This document shows, piece after piece, positions 9,891 through 21,597 of a stretch of DNA of 64,000 nt. Within the stretch, counting starts at the first letter, position 1. Each line of letters starts with the position of its first letter. Below the pieces are notes generated by a model. It worked only from the letters and a program-made list of their open reading frames with translations, was not told the DNA's origin and made no database searches. The position numbers were made by a program, and so were the translations under genes. This stretch comes from Myxococcota bacterium (lineage in GTDB: Bacteria > Myxococcota_A > UBA796 > UBA2385): positions 64,001-128,000 of the forward strand of contig JBIJDH010000015.1 of assembly GCA_044344255.1 (NCBI GenBank), read 5' to 3'.

Positions 9891-11021
9891 ATGGCTCGCA
9901 CTGGAACGGCCCGTATCGCTGGTGTTCTTTCTCTCTCTCATCGGTCGAGCGCGCTCCGCCTCGCCTCGCTGTTGGCACCCCTGGCCCTCGCCGCGGCGTG
10001 CGGCGGCGACAAGGGTGAGGGCGATGAGGGCTCCGCAGGCGACGACGGGGGCGCCACGGTGTGCTCCGCCGACCTCGCCTCCACCTTCCCGCTCGACGGT
10101 GCCTCCGACTTCTTCTACTCCTACACCATGGAGTTCAAGTTCTCGGGGGAGGCCGCCGCCGAAGAGGCCGCCGCCGCCTCGGTCACTGTGACGGGCGCCG
10201 CTGGCGATGTCGCTGGCACCACCTCCGTCGAGGGCGCCACCCTCTACTTCACGCCGAGCGCCCCCCTCGCCGCCGCCGCCCAGTACACGGCCACGGTCTC
10301 CTTCTGCGAGGCCACCGACGAGCCCAAGGCGCCGAGCATCAGCTTCTCGACCGGCCCCCTGGGTGACGTCGTCGCCGATCCCGCCTCTCTCGAGGGGCGC
10401 ACCTACACCGTGGCCCTCAGCCAGGCTCGCTTCGTCAAGCCGGAGGGGGTCGCCGATCTCCTGCTCGGCCAGCTCACCAGCGACATCCTCATCGGGGTCA
10501 CGGCCACGGAGGGCACCAGCCTGAAGATGGGCGGGGCGCTCTCCACCGTGATCGGCGGCCCGCAGGACTTCTGCAACCCCTCGATCGACTTCCCCGAGGC
10601 GGCCGACTTCTCCGACAACCCGCTCTTCCAGGTGGGCCCGGCTGACGTCATCATCGCGGCGGCCGGCTTCGACATCCCCATCAACTCGCTCATGATCAGC
10701 GGCGCCTTCGCCTCGGACGGCAGCTACTTCGGCGGCGGCATCCTCGCCGGTCAGCTCGACGCCCGCTCGCTCGCCCCGCTCGTGGCCGAGCTCCTCGGCT
10801 CCGACGATCCGGACGAGATCTGCGTGCTGCTGCAGAGCTTCAGCGTCTCCTGCAACGCCTGCGACTCCGACGGCGCGGTCTACTGCGTGGACGTGTACGT
10901 GGACTCCATCCGCGCCGACGAGAAGGCGGACACCGTCCTCGAGTGTGTCGATGAGCAGGACTGTCACCCCTCGTGCGAGGCCAACGTCTGCGCGGATCCC
11001 ACGGCCGGGTATTGTGATTGA
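9891..11021 (+). CDS. Ig-like (Big_5-type) domain lipoprotein with Cys-rich C-terminal domain
   Basis: Lipobox LAAAC; P.DGA...FTPSAPL....YT...FSTG Ig pattern; paralog of the next gene. Confidence 0.75.
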   Translation: MARTGTARIAGVLSLSHRSSALRLASLLAPLALAAACGGDKGEGDEGSAGDDGGATVCSADLASTFPLDGASDFFYSYTMEFKFSGEAAAEEAAAASVTVTGAAGDVAGTTSVEGATLYFTPSAPLAAAAQYTATVSFCEATDEPKAPSISFSTGPLGDVVADPASLEGRTYTVALSQARFVKPEGVADLLLGQLTSDILIGVTATEGTSLKMGGALSTVIGGPQDFCNPSIDFPEAADFSDNPLFQVGPADVIIAAAGFDIPINSLMISGAFASDGSYFGGGILAGQLDARSLAPLVAELLGSDDPDEICVLLQSFSVSCNACDSDGAVYCVDVYVDSIRADEKADTVLECVDEQDCHPSCEANVCADPTAGYCD

Positions 11022-11052
11022 CCGGGTATTGTGATTGACCGGGTATTGTGAT
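11005..11052 (+). repeat. 17-bp tandem repeat x2.8 (ccgggtattgtgattga) spanning a stop codon
   Basis: Directly visible; the first unit ends in the TGA of the upstream gene. Confidence 0.95.
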
Positions 11053-11184
11053 GGACGCGCGGGTGGGGAGGGTGACGGGCGGCCGTATTCTTCCTCTCGC
11101 GGCGAATATGCAGGGCCCCATCGTGTTCTAGGGCCTGTCGGAAGTTCTACCGACAGGCCGTCCCATTTCTGGAGGAGACCAACC

Positions 11185-12213
11185 ATGAAGTTCCTGAGCG
11201 TTTCGATTCTCTCTCTCTCCTTCCTCGCCGCGTGTGGTGGGGACAAGGAAGACACGGCGGGCGCGGGTGAAGATGGTGCCGACGGCGCCTCCTGCACCGT
11301 GAGCCTGTCCGGCACCAGCCCCTCGGACGGCGCCTCCGACGTCGCCGGCGCCGGCCCCTTCACCGCCACCCTCTCGGGTGACGACGCCTCCGCCGAGATC
11401 ACCGTCTGGACCGCCGACGGCGCCGCTGTCTCCGGCACCTCCACCGTCTCCGGCTCCACGGTGTCCTTCACGCCCTCGGCCGCCCTCGCTGGCTCGACGG
11501 CCCACCAGCTCAAGGTCACCTGGTGTGACGCGGCGGAGGAGAGCACCATCACCTTCACCACCGCCAATTCCGACCCCGCGGCCGTCACCGAGGGCCTCTC
11601 CTACAAGGTCGACCTCACCACCGCGAACTGGGAGCAGCCCGCGGGCCTCGGCACCATCATCGCCGGCGCCATCACCACCGACATCCTCGTCGGCGTGCTG
11701 GCCGTGGACGACTCGAGCCTCACGCTCGTCGGCGCCACCACCACCGAGCTCGGCGGCCCCCAGGACTTCTGCGCCCAGTCGATCGCCTTCCCGGCCGCCG
11801 ACTGGTCCAGCAACCCCTACTTCTCGGCCGGCCCCTCGGACGTCGCGCTGGTCGTGCAGGGCGTCGCCGTCTCGATCAAGAACTTCAACCTCGCCGGCAC
11901 CTTCAACGGCGACGCCTCGGCGATCGGCGGGGCCCAGCTCTCCGGTCAGATCGACGTGCGCGACATCGCCCCGCTCGTCGAGCCCCTCCTCGGCACCTCC
12001 GATCCCGATGAGGTCTGCGGCGCCCTCGCTGGCTTCGGCGCGTCCTGCGTGACCTGCTCGAGCGACAGCGAGCCCTACTGCATCGACGTGCTGATCACCG
12101 AGATCAACGCCAGCCAGATCTCGGCGACCGTGGAGTGTGTGGATCAGGATGCCTGCCACCCCTCCTGCGCCGAGAGCACCTGCTCCGACCCCAACGAGGG
12201 TGTCTGCGAGTGA
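11185..12213 (+). CDS. Ig-like domain lipoprotein, tandem paralog of 9891-11021
   Basis: GGAGG RBS; MKFL...LAAC lipobox; shared GGPQDFC, NP.F..GP, SD...YC.DV and CHPSC motifs. Confidence 0.8.
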   Translation: MKFLSVSILSLSFLAACGGDKEDTAGAGEDGADGASCTVSLSGTSPSDGASDVAGAGPFTATLSGDDASAEITVWTADGAAVSGTSTVSGSTVSFTPSAALAGSTAHQLKVTWCDAAEESTITFTTANSDPAAVTEGLSYKVDLTTANWEQPAGLGTIIAGAITTDILVGVLAVDDSSLTLVGATTTELGGPQDFCAQSIAFPAADWSSNPYFSAGPSDVALVVQGVAVSIKNFNLAGTFNGDASAIGGAQLSGQIDVRDIAPLVEPLLGTSDPDEVCGALAGFGASCVTCSSDSEPYCIDVLITEINASQISATVECVDQDACHPSCAESTCSDPNEGVCE

Positions 12214-12264
12214 GCTGAGCGCGAGCGGCGGGGCTGCGGGTCCGCTCGCAGGCCCGCTCCTCCT

Positions 12265-12297
12265 CAAGGGCCGCCTTCGGGCGGCCCTTGTTCGTTT
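12265..12297 (+). terminator. Rho-independent terminator between convergent genes
   Basis: Perfect 11-bp stem caagggccgcc-TTCG-ggcggcccttg followed by ttcgttt. Confidence 0.85.
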
Positions 12298-12321
12298 ACC
12301 GTGTTCGTTTGCCGTGTTCGT

Positions 12322-12327
<6 letters not shown>
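12289..12327. repeat. 13-bp tandem repeat x3 (tgttcgtttRcSg) including the stop codon of the RluA gene
   Basis: tgttcgtttaccg / tgttcgtttgccg / tgttcgtttacgg. Confidence 0.9.
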
Positions 12328-13323
<996 letters not shown>

Positions 13324-13329
13324 GGCGGC

Positions 13330-14274
13330 TCAGCCTCGGGCGCTCTGGTAGAGGGACATGTAGCCGTCCACGACGCCGCGATCGGCGATCGTGAGCACTT
13401 CGGCGATCTGCTTCATGTAGCCGCGGACAAATGTGGCGGCGGGCAGCTTGTCGAAGGTGTTGTCTTCGATGGCGGCGAGGTAGCGCGTCGAGATGCGGGT
13501 GGCGCGGGCCATGTCCTCGATGCTCATGTGCCGCGCCTCGCGGACCGCCTTGAGGAAGCGACCGTCGAAGCCGTAGGCGCGGATGAGGCGGTCGATCTCG
13601 TCGCCGGGCTCCTCCACCTCGACCGGGGCCTGCGCGCGCGGCGGGGGGCTGTGCCCGAGGGCGGCTGGGCTGCCGCCGTTCAAGAGGCGCAGGCGGCCCT
13701 CGGTGGGCAGCTCGTGCTCTGGGGCCGGCAACGGGGCCTCGGCGGCGCGAGGCAGCGGCATGATCTCCGGGTCGTCGTCGTCCTCCTCGAAGCTGTAGCT
13801 GGCCGTGTGGGAGGGCGGCGGCGGCGGGGGGAGCTGTACGACCTCCGCAGGGGCTCGGCGGAGCGCGGGGACGGTCGAGCGCCGAGAGCCATAGGGTGCC
13901 AGGGGCTCGGGGAGAGGGTCCCCGACGGGGAGGTCGGTGAGAGCGCGCACTGCGGCGAGGGCGGCGTGGGCGATAGGATCTGTGAGGGCGCGGCGGGCCT
14001 GCTCCCACAGGGGCTCGGCGCCCTCGGGCAGGCCCTGGCTGGTGGCGAGCCGGAAGGCGTCGTAGCTGCGGCGGCGCCCGCCGTCGGCCAGCACCTCCAT
14101 CGCCTCTCGGATGTCGCGCTCCTGGCCCTCCAAGATGCGGACGTCGGCGCCCTGACGGCGGGCAGCACGAAGCCTGCGCACGAGCTCGGCGAGCCTGCGC
14201 TGGTAGGCGGTGCGGATCTCCTCCGCGCTCGCCGAGGGGTCTACGCCCAACATCTCGTAGAAACCATGTGCCAT
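13330..14274 (-). CDS. J-domain-like N-terminus plus C-terminal RodZ-type HTH (HTH_25)
   Basis: FYEMLGVDPSASAEEIRTAY...L.D...RRSYD; LKAVREAR..SIED.A..TRI...YL.AIE...FVRGY. Confidence 0.8.
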   Translation of the reverse strand: MAHGFYEMLGVDPSASAEEIRTAYQRRLAELVRRLRAARRQGADVRILEGQERDIREAMEVLADGGRRRSYDAFRLATSQGLPEGAEPLWEQARRALTDPIAHAALAAVRALTDLPVGDPLPEPLAPYGSRRSTVPALRRAPAEVVQLPPPPPPSHTASYSFEEDDDDPEIMPLPRAAEAPLPAPEHELPTEGRLRLLNGGSPAALGHSPPPRAQAPVEVEEPGDEIDRLIRAYGFDGRFLKAVREARHMSIEDMARATRISTRYLAAIEDNTFDKLPAATFVRGYMKQIAEVLTIADRGVVDGYMSLYQSARG

Positions 14275-14285
14275 CGCGGCGCCCC

Positions 14286-15632
14286 CTAACGGGCGTTGCC
14301 CGACTCTGCGAGGGCTTCGCTCAATCGGCGCGACAAGGCGGGCTCCTCGCCGGGGAGGAGGGTGCGGGGGTCGAGGAGCACGGCGCCGCGGGACACTCGC
14401 ACGAGCACCGCGGGCTCCCCCCTCCGGAGGCGGGCCGCGAGGGCGCCGGGGTCGTCGACCCGCAGCGCGACGACGGAGGTCGGCAGGGCCTCGCCGGGCA
14501 GGGCACCCCCACCGGACCACCCGACGTCCGCCTCGACCACGGCGCCGGGGAGGGCGGCGGCGAGGCGCTCGGCCACCCGCCGGCAGTCGTCGGCGCTGCG
14601 GGCGAACATCTGCCGCACCGGGAGCTCGGCCTCCCGCCCCTCGGTGTAGAGGCGGAGGGTGGCCTCGAGCGCGGCCAGCACGAGCTTGTCGAGGCGGAGG
14701 GCCCGGTAGAGCGGGTGCTCCCGCAGCCGGGACACCAGCGCCGCCCTCCCGGCGATGAGGCCCGCTTGCGGACCGCCGAGCAGCTTGTCGCCCGAGAAGC
14801 AGACGAGATCGACGCCGTCGGCGAGGGCGGCCTCCACCGCCTCCTCGGCCTCGACTGCGGCGGGCAGCGGACCGATCAGGCCGGCGCCCAGGTCTTCGAC
14901 GACGGGGACCCCGCGGGCCTGACCGAGGGCGACGAGGGCGCGGCGGTCGGCCCGCTCGACGAAGCCGACCTGCCGGAAGTTGCTCGGGTGCACGCGGAGG
15001 ATGAGGGCGGTCTCTGGGGTGATGGCGCGCTCGAAGTCGCTGACCCGGGTGCGGTTGGTCGTGCCCACCTCGACGAGGCGGGCGCCGCCGTCCGCGATGA
15101 TGTCGGGCACGCGGAAGGAGCCGCCGATCTCGACGAGCTCGCCGCGGCTCACGAGCACCTCCCGGCCCCGCGCGAGGGCGGTGAGCGTGAGGAGCACCGC
15201 GGCGGCGTTGTTGTTGACGGCCAGCGCCGCCTCGGCCCCCACGAGCGCGCACAGCGGCGGGCCCACCCCGGCGAGCCGCCCGCCCCGTTGGCCGCCCTCG
15301 AGGTCGAGCTCGGTGTTGCTGTAGCCGCAGGCCACCGCGTGCACTGCGGCGGCCACCTCCGCGCCGAGCGGGGCGCGCCCGAGGTTGGTGTGGAGGATCA
15401 CCCCCGTGAGGTTGATCACCGGCCGGAGCTTGGGCTGTCGGGCGAGGAGCGCGCGGCGGAGCACGCCGGGGACGGGATCGTCGGGGAGGACGCCCCCGGC
15501 CAAAAGCTTGGCCCGCAGCGCCTCGACCTCGGCCCGACACGCGGCCACCACCACCGCGCGGGGGAGGGCGCCGAGCCGGGGATCGGAGAGGAGGCGAGAG
15601 ACGCTCGGGAGGCGAGAGAGGGGCGTCGACAT
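14286..15632 (-). CDS. selA: L-seryl-tRNA(Sec) selenium transferase
   Basis: [44 protein letters not shown] and [13 protein letters not shown] motifs. Confidence 0.97.
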   Translation of the reverse strand: MSTPLSRLPSVSRLLSDPRLGALPRAVVVAACRAEVEALRAKLLAGGVLPDDPVPGVLRRALLARQPKLRPVINLTGVILHTNLGRAPLGAEVAAAVHAVACGYSNTELDLEGGQRGGRLAGVGPPLCALVGAEAALAVNNNAAAVLLTLTALARGREVLVSRGELVEIGGSFRVPDIIADGGARLVEVGTTNRTRVSDFERAITPETALILRVHPSNFRQVGFVERADRRALVALGQARGVPVVEDLGAGLIGPLPAAVEAEEAVEAALADGVDLVCFSGDKLLGGPQAGLIAGRAALVSRLREHPLYRALRLDKLVLAALEATLRLYTEGREAELPVRQMFARSADDCRRVAERLAAALPGAVVEADVGWSGGGALPGEALPTSVVALRVDDPGALAARLRRGEPAVLVRVSRGAVLLDPRTLLPGEEPALSRRLSEALAESGNAR

Positions 15633-15733
15633 CGGCCGAAGATAGCCCGCCCCTCGGCGGCGGACCGCGGGCGCGATCGACGGTCCGGCGGTCCATCGGT
15701 TATCGAGGGCGGCCCTTGGACTCGGAGATCTCG

Positions 15734-17083
15734 ATGGCGCTCGTCTCTGCGCGCACCATGCCCGGCGTGATGGAGCTGCTCCCCCGGGAGCAGATCGCCC
15801 TTCAGGCCATGCTCGACACCATCCGGCGGAGCTACGAGTCCTTCGGGTTCCTGCCCGTCGAGACGCCTGTGATGGAGTACACCGACGTGCTGCTCACCAA
15901 GAGCGGCGGCGAGACCGAGAAGCAGGTCTACTTCGTACAGTCGACCGGCGCGCTTCAACAGAGCCGAGAGGCGGAGCTCGCCCTCCGCTTCGATCTCACC
16001 GTCCCCCTCGCCCGCTACGTGGCCGAGCACGAGGGGCAGCTCGTCTTCCCCTTTCGACGGTATCAGATCCAGCGGGTCTATCGGGGAGAGTCCGCCCAGC
16101 GTGGCCGCTTCCGCGAGTTCTACCAGTGTGACATCGACGTCATCGGCAAGGACAAGCTCAGCCTCGCCCACGACGCCGAGATCCCCGCCATCATCGACAC
16201 CCTGTTCCGCGAGCTCGACTTCGGGCCCTTCACGATTCGGATCAACAACCGGAAGCTGCTCTCTGGCCTCTTTGAGGACCTCGGGGTCGCGGACGGGGAG
16301 GCCCAGAAGCTCGTGCTGCGGGAGGTAGACAAGCTCGACAAGCGCGGCCGGGACGCCGTCATCGCCACCCTGTCGCGGGAGCCCTTCGGCCTCGACGCGG
16401 GTAAGGTGTCGGCCTTCCTCGACTTTGCGAGCGCGGAGCTCACCAACGCCGAGCTGCTCGACGCCCTCGATCGTCGCGAGAGCAGCAGCGCGCGCTACCG
16501 ACAGGGGGCGGCGGAGCTGCGGCAGGTGATGGAGCAGATCAGCCTGCAGGGCGTCCCCGAGGACAACGTCCGCATTGACCTCACCATCGCCCGCGGCCTC
16601 GACTACTACACCGGCACCATCTACGAGACCGTGCTCCGCGACCACCCGAAGGTTGGGAGCGTCTGTTCGGGCGGGCGGTACGATGACCTCGCCAGCTTCT
16701 ACACCAAGTCGAAGCTGCCCGGCGTGGGCATCTCCATCGGGGCCACGCGGCTCTTCGATCAGCTCCGCGCCGTCGGCCTCATCGAGACCAGCGGCACCGG
16801 CCAGGACGTGCTCGTCACTCGCTTTGACCCCCGCTATCAGGCCGACAACCTGCGGATCGCCGCGGCCCTGCGCGCCGCCGGTCTGCGGGTGGAGGTGGTC
16901 CATGAGGACTGGTCGCCGAAGAAGCAGCTCCAGTACGCGAGCCGCCAGGGCGTGCCCTTCGTGCTGATCCAGGGAGAGTCCGAGGCCGCGGAGGGCGTGG
17001 TCTCGGTCAAAGACATGCGCAGCGGCGAGCAGCAGAAGCTGCCGGTCGAGGGGCTCCCGGGCTTGATCCGAGCGAGCCTGTAG
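15734..17083 (+). CDS. hisS: Histidine--tRNA ligase
   Basis: [32 protein letters not shown] and GGRYD motifs; anticodon-binding domain. Confidence 0.97.
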   Translation: MALVSARTMPGVMELLPREQIALQAMLDTIRRSYESFGFLPVETPVMEYTDVLLTKSGGETEKQVYFVQSTGALQQSREAELALRFDLTVPLARYVAEHEGQLVFPFRRYQIQRVYRGESAQRGRFREFYQCDIDVIGKDKLSLAHDAEIPAIIDTLFRELDFGPFTIRINNRKLLSGLFEDLGVADGEAQKLVLREVDKLDKRGRDAVIATLSREPFGLDAGKVSAFLDFASAELTNAELLDALDRRESSSARYRQGAAELRQVMEQISLQGVPEDNVRIDLTIARGLDYYTGTIYETVLRDHPKVGSVCSGGRYDDLASFYTKSKLPGVGISIGATRLFDQLRAVGLIETSGTGQDVLVTRFDPRYQADNLRIAAALRAAGLRVEVVHEDWSPKKQLQYASRQGVPFVLIQGESEAAEGVVSVKDMRSGEQQKLPVEGLPGLIRASL

Positions 17084-17116
17084 GCCGCCCCGAGGCGGTG
17101 AGAGGGGGCCCGGCGC

Positions 17117-19261
17117 TTGAACACCCTCATCTACATTGCGGCGGCCGCGCTCTGCTTCGGCCTCGCCTTCCGGGCCTGGTACCGGGACCCGCGCGACCTC
17201 GTGCGGCGGGCCTTCCTGCTCATCGGGGTCTTCGCGGCGATCTCGTATGCCGCCTTCGCGGTCTACCTCGTGCTGGGGACGCCGATCCCCCGCTATGTAC
17301 ACGCGATCAGCGGCGCGGCCCTGCCGATCTGCATCCTCACCTTCCTCGAGCGTTTCACCGGCGAGACGAAGGTGCTGTTCAGCCCGCGCATCCGGCGGCT
17401 GTCGCTGATCTGGGTGGCGTTGAGCGCGCTCTTCATCCTCGCCCACCTGACGATGGGCTTCGATCCTCGCTTCGCGGTGCCCCACAAGAGCCTCCCCGAG
17501 CTGCTGATGTCGCTCTGGGTGGTCGGTGGCTTCGGCACCTGCATCCGCCACCTGTGGCAGATGCGGCGGCGGAGCGACCACCCGGTCGAGCGGGCGCGCA
17601 TCCGCTACCTCCTCGTCTTTCTGCTCATGGCGGCCAGCTTCTTCGGGGTGGAGCAGCTCGGTCGCTGGATCCACCCGATGGACGCCGCCGATGGGAGCCT
17701 CGATCCCATCGAGCTCTCGTACGCGCTCCAGGGCCTCGTCCCGCCGGTGGGCACCGTCTGGGGGACCCTGTTCATCTATTTTTTGTATCAGGTGGTGCAG
17801 CTCCGCCGCCTCGTCGATCTCGATGAGGTCTTCTCCCGCATCGTCGCGCTCACGATCATGGCCGTGGTCTTCGCGGGCTGGGCCGGCATCTCGGTCCTCT
17901 TCGTGCTGGCCTTCCTCGCCGAGGAGCAGTGGCAGCCGGCCTATCTCGTGTTTCAGATATTCCTCTCGGCGGCCCTGTTCCTGTCTGTCCACGAGCCCTT
18001 GAAGCGCCGTGTGTCGAGCCTCGCCGGAGACGCCTTCAACCGCGCCGGCCGTCGCCTCGAGGCGACGCTCGACGAGATCGATCGCGACATCACCAAGGCC
18101 ATCTCGCTCGAGGCTCTGGGCAATGAGCTGCTGGGCCCGCTCGAGGCCTCTGGCCGAAGCCCCTTCGTGAGCTTGTACCTTTGGGATCAGGAGCGCGGCG
18201 CCTTTCGCCTCAAGCTGCAGCGCGGGGCCTCTGACCAGCCGGTGATGCTCACCATCGGCAGCCGCCCCTTCACCGACGGCTTCCACAAGGGGGAGCGGAT
18301 CTATGAGCAGCGGGCCCTCCGCCGCCTCGTGCTCCGCCGGGGGCCGGACGAGGCCACCGATCGCAGTCGCATCATGGAGGCGATGGACGCCGATCTCACC
18401 ATCGTGATGCGCTCGGGTGACCTCGTGCTCGGCTGGCTCAACCTGAAGGACGAGCGGTGGTCGGACGGCTTCTCGCAGGAGGAGATCCGCAGGCTGGTGC
18501 GCACCGTCGATCGGGCGGCCATCGTGGTCGAGAACATCCACAGCGTCGAGCAGATGGAGGAGCAGCACCGCCTCGCCGCGCTCGGCACGATGGCCGCCGG
18601 CCTCGCCCATGAGATCCGAAACCCGCTCGCGGGCATCAAGGGGGCGGCACAGTACCTGCAGACCGCCGGCGACGACCCCGCCGAGGTGCGCGACTTCCTC
18701 GACGTCATCGTCGGTGAGGCCGACCGCCTGAACGGTGTCGTGACACAGTTCCTCGATTATGCGCGCCCCCTCGACATCCGCGCCGAACCGGTGGCGCTCG
18801 CCCGGCTGCTCGATCGCCTGCTCGACCTCATCCGTGCGGAGGGCCTGCCGCCGGGGGTGGAGCTCCGCCTCGAGGTCCCTGTCGACCTCCCGCGCCTCTC
18901 GCTCGACTCCGACAAGGTGCGCCAGGTCTTGCTCAACCTCGTCCACAACGCGATCCAGGCGGTGGGCACGCGCGGGCTGGTCACGGTGCGGGCGGCGATC
19001 GGAGAGATGGGCGGCCCCGCCCGCCGCGGCGGCCCCGCGGTGGAGATCAGCGTCGCGGACGACGGCCAGGGCATCGAGGCCCAGGATCTCGACAAGCTCT
19101 TCATCCCCTTCTTCACCACCAAGCGCGACGGGACCGGCCTCGGCCTCAGCATCAGCCGGCGGCTCGTCGAGGCCCAAGGGGGAGAGATCGCCGTGCGCTC
19201 GCAGCCGGGCAAGGGGAGTCTGTTCACCGTCCGCTTCCCCCTGCCGGAGGGCCCGGGCTGA
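17117..19261 (+). CDS. Multi-TM sensor histidine kinase (TM, GAF-like, HisKA, HATPase)
   Basis: Hydrophobic N-terminal half; LAHEIRNPL, NLVHNA, DDGQGI, PFFTTK and GTGLGL motifs. Confidence 0.92.
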   Translation: MNTLIYIAAAALCFGLAFRAWYRDPRDLVRRAFLLIGVFAAISYAAFAVYLVLGTPIPRYVHAISGAALPICILTFLERFTGETKVLFSPRIRRLSLIWVALSALFILAHLTMGFDPRFAVPHKSLPELLMSLWVVGGFGTCIRHLWQMRRRSDHPVERARIRYLLVFLLMAASFFGVEQLGRWIHPMDAADGSLDPIELSYALQGLVPPVGTVWGTLFIYFLYQVVQLRRLVDLDEVFSRIVALTIMAVVFAGWAGISVLFVLAFLAEEQWQPAYLVFQIFLSAALFLSVHEPLKRRVSSLAGDAFNRAGRRLEATLDEIDRDITKAISLEALGNELLGPLEASGRSPFVSLYLWDQERGAFRLKLQRGASDQPVMLTIGSRPFTDGFHKGERIYEQRALRRLVLRRGPDEATDRSRIMEAMDADLTIVMRSGDLVLGWLNLKDERWSDGFSQEEIRRLVRTVDRAAIVVENIHSVEQMEEQHRLAALGTMAAGLAHEIRNPLAGIKGAAQYLQTAGDDPAEVRDFLDVIVGEADRLNGVVTQFLDYARPLDIRAEPVALARLLDRLLDLIRAEGLPPGVELRLEVPVDLPRLSLDSDKVRQVLLNLVHNAIQAVGTRGLVTVRAAIGEMGGPARRGGPAVEISVADDGQGIEAQDLDKLFIPFFTTKRDGTGLGLSISRRLVEAQGGEIAVRSQPGKGSLFTVRFPLPEGPG

Positions 19262-19305
19262 CGTGGACGCCGGGGCATGCTAAGAAAGTACATGAGGTAC
19301 TCCTC

Positions 19306-20721
<1,416 letters not shown>

Positions 20722-20727
<6 letters not shown>

Positions 20728-20759
20728 GCCCCCCGCTGAGCCCCCTGCGCTGAGCCCCC
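20722..20759 (+). repeat. 12-bp repeat x3 (cgctgagccccc) including the kinase stop codon
   Basis: Directly visible; first TGA at 20725-20727. Confidence 0.85.
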
Positions 20760-20781
20760 CCTTCGGAAGGGCCCTCCCGTC

Positions 20782-21579
20782 GTGACCGACCCTCTCCAGG
20801 CCTTGCTCGACGGCTGGGCCGCCCAGGACCTCTCGCCCACCGAGCTGCTGCTGCTGCTGGGGGCGGCCCTGGTGGCGGGCTTCGTCGACGCCATCGCCGG
20901 CGGCGGCGGCCTCCTCACGCTCCCGGCCCTGCTCGCCGTCGGCCTGCCGCCCCACCTCGCGCTCGGCACCAACAAAGGGCAGTCGGTCTGGGGCTCGGGC
21001 GCGGCCCTGTCCGGCTTCCTGCGCGCCGGGAAGGTCGACCGCGCGCGGGCGCCCGCCGCCTTCGGCCTCGGCTTCGCGGGCTCGCTCCTCGGCGCGGCCC
21101 TCGTGATGGCGGTCTCCCCGGCCGTCCTCAAGCCCGTGGTGATGGGCCTCCTCGCCGCGGTGGCCCTGATCATGGTCTTCCGGCCCCCCCTCGTGGCGGA
21201 CCCCGAGAAGGCGAAGCGCCCCCACGCCGCGCGCCTCGCCCACGGCCTCGCCTTCGGCGTCGCGGTCTACGACGGCTTCTTCGGCCCCGGCACCGGGACC
21301 TTCCTCATCATCGGATACGCGCTCTTGCTCGGCCTCCCCCTCGTGGCGGCCAGCGCCGACGCCAAGGTGGTGAACTTCGCCTCCAACCTCGCCGCGCTGC
21401 TGATCTTCGCGGCGCGGGGCTCGGTGCTGTGGTCGGTGGCGCTGCTGATGGCCCTCGGCCAGCTTGTCGGCGGCCTGCTCGGCAGCCGCGTGGCGCTCCA
21501 GGGCGGCGACCGCCTCGTTCGGGTGGTCGTGCTCTGTGTGGTGGTGGCGCTGATCACCAAGCTGGCTGTGGTGGGCTGA
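20782..21579 (+). CDS. TSUP (TauE/SafE) family transporter
   Basis: AGFVDAIAGGGGL, GTNK, YDGFFGPGTG and NFASN motifs. Confidence 0.92.
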   Translation: MTDPLQALLDGWAAQDLSPTELLLLLGAALVAGFVDAIAGGGGLLTLPALLAVGLPPHLALGTNKGQSVWGSGAALSGFLRAGKVDRARAPAAFGLGFAGSLLGAALVMAVSPAVLKPVVMGLLAAVALIMVFRPPLVADPEKAKRPHAARLAHGLAFGVAVYDGFFGPGTGTFLIIGYALLLGLPLVAASADAKVVNFASNLAALLIFAARGSVLWSVALLMALGQLVGGLLGSRVALQGGDRLVRVVVLCVVVALITKLAVVG

Positions 21580-21597
21580 GGGGCGCCACGCACCCCC

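Noticed and set aside
13330..15696. 788-aa ORF overlapping selA
   Set aside because: The N-terminal part is Arg/Pro-rich off-frame sequence; the plausible start is ATG at 14274.
15416..19177. 1253-aa minus-strand ORF, and similar long ORFs such as 24940-28143, 7764-9593 and 56208-58277
   Set aside because: These are antisense shadows of well-supported genes, expected at this GC content, and have no recognisable motifs.
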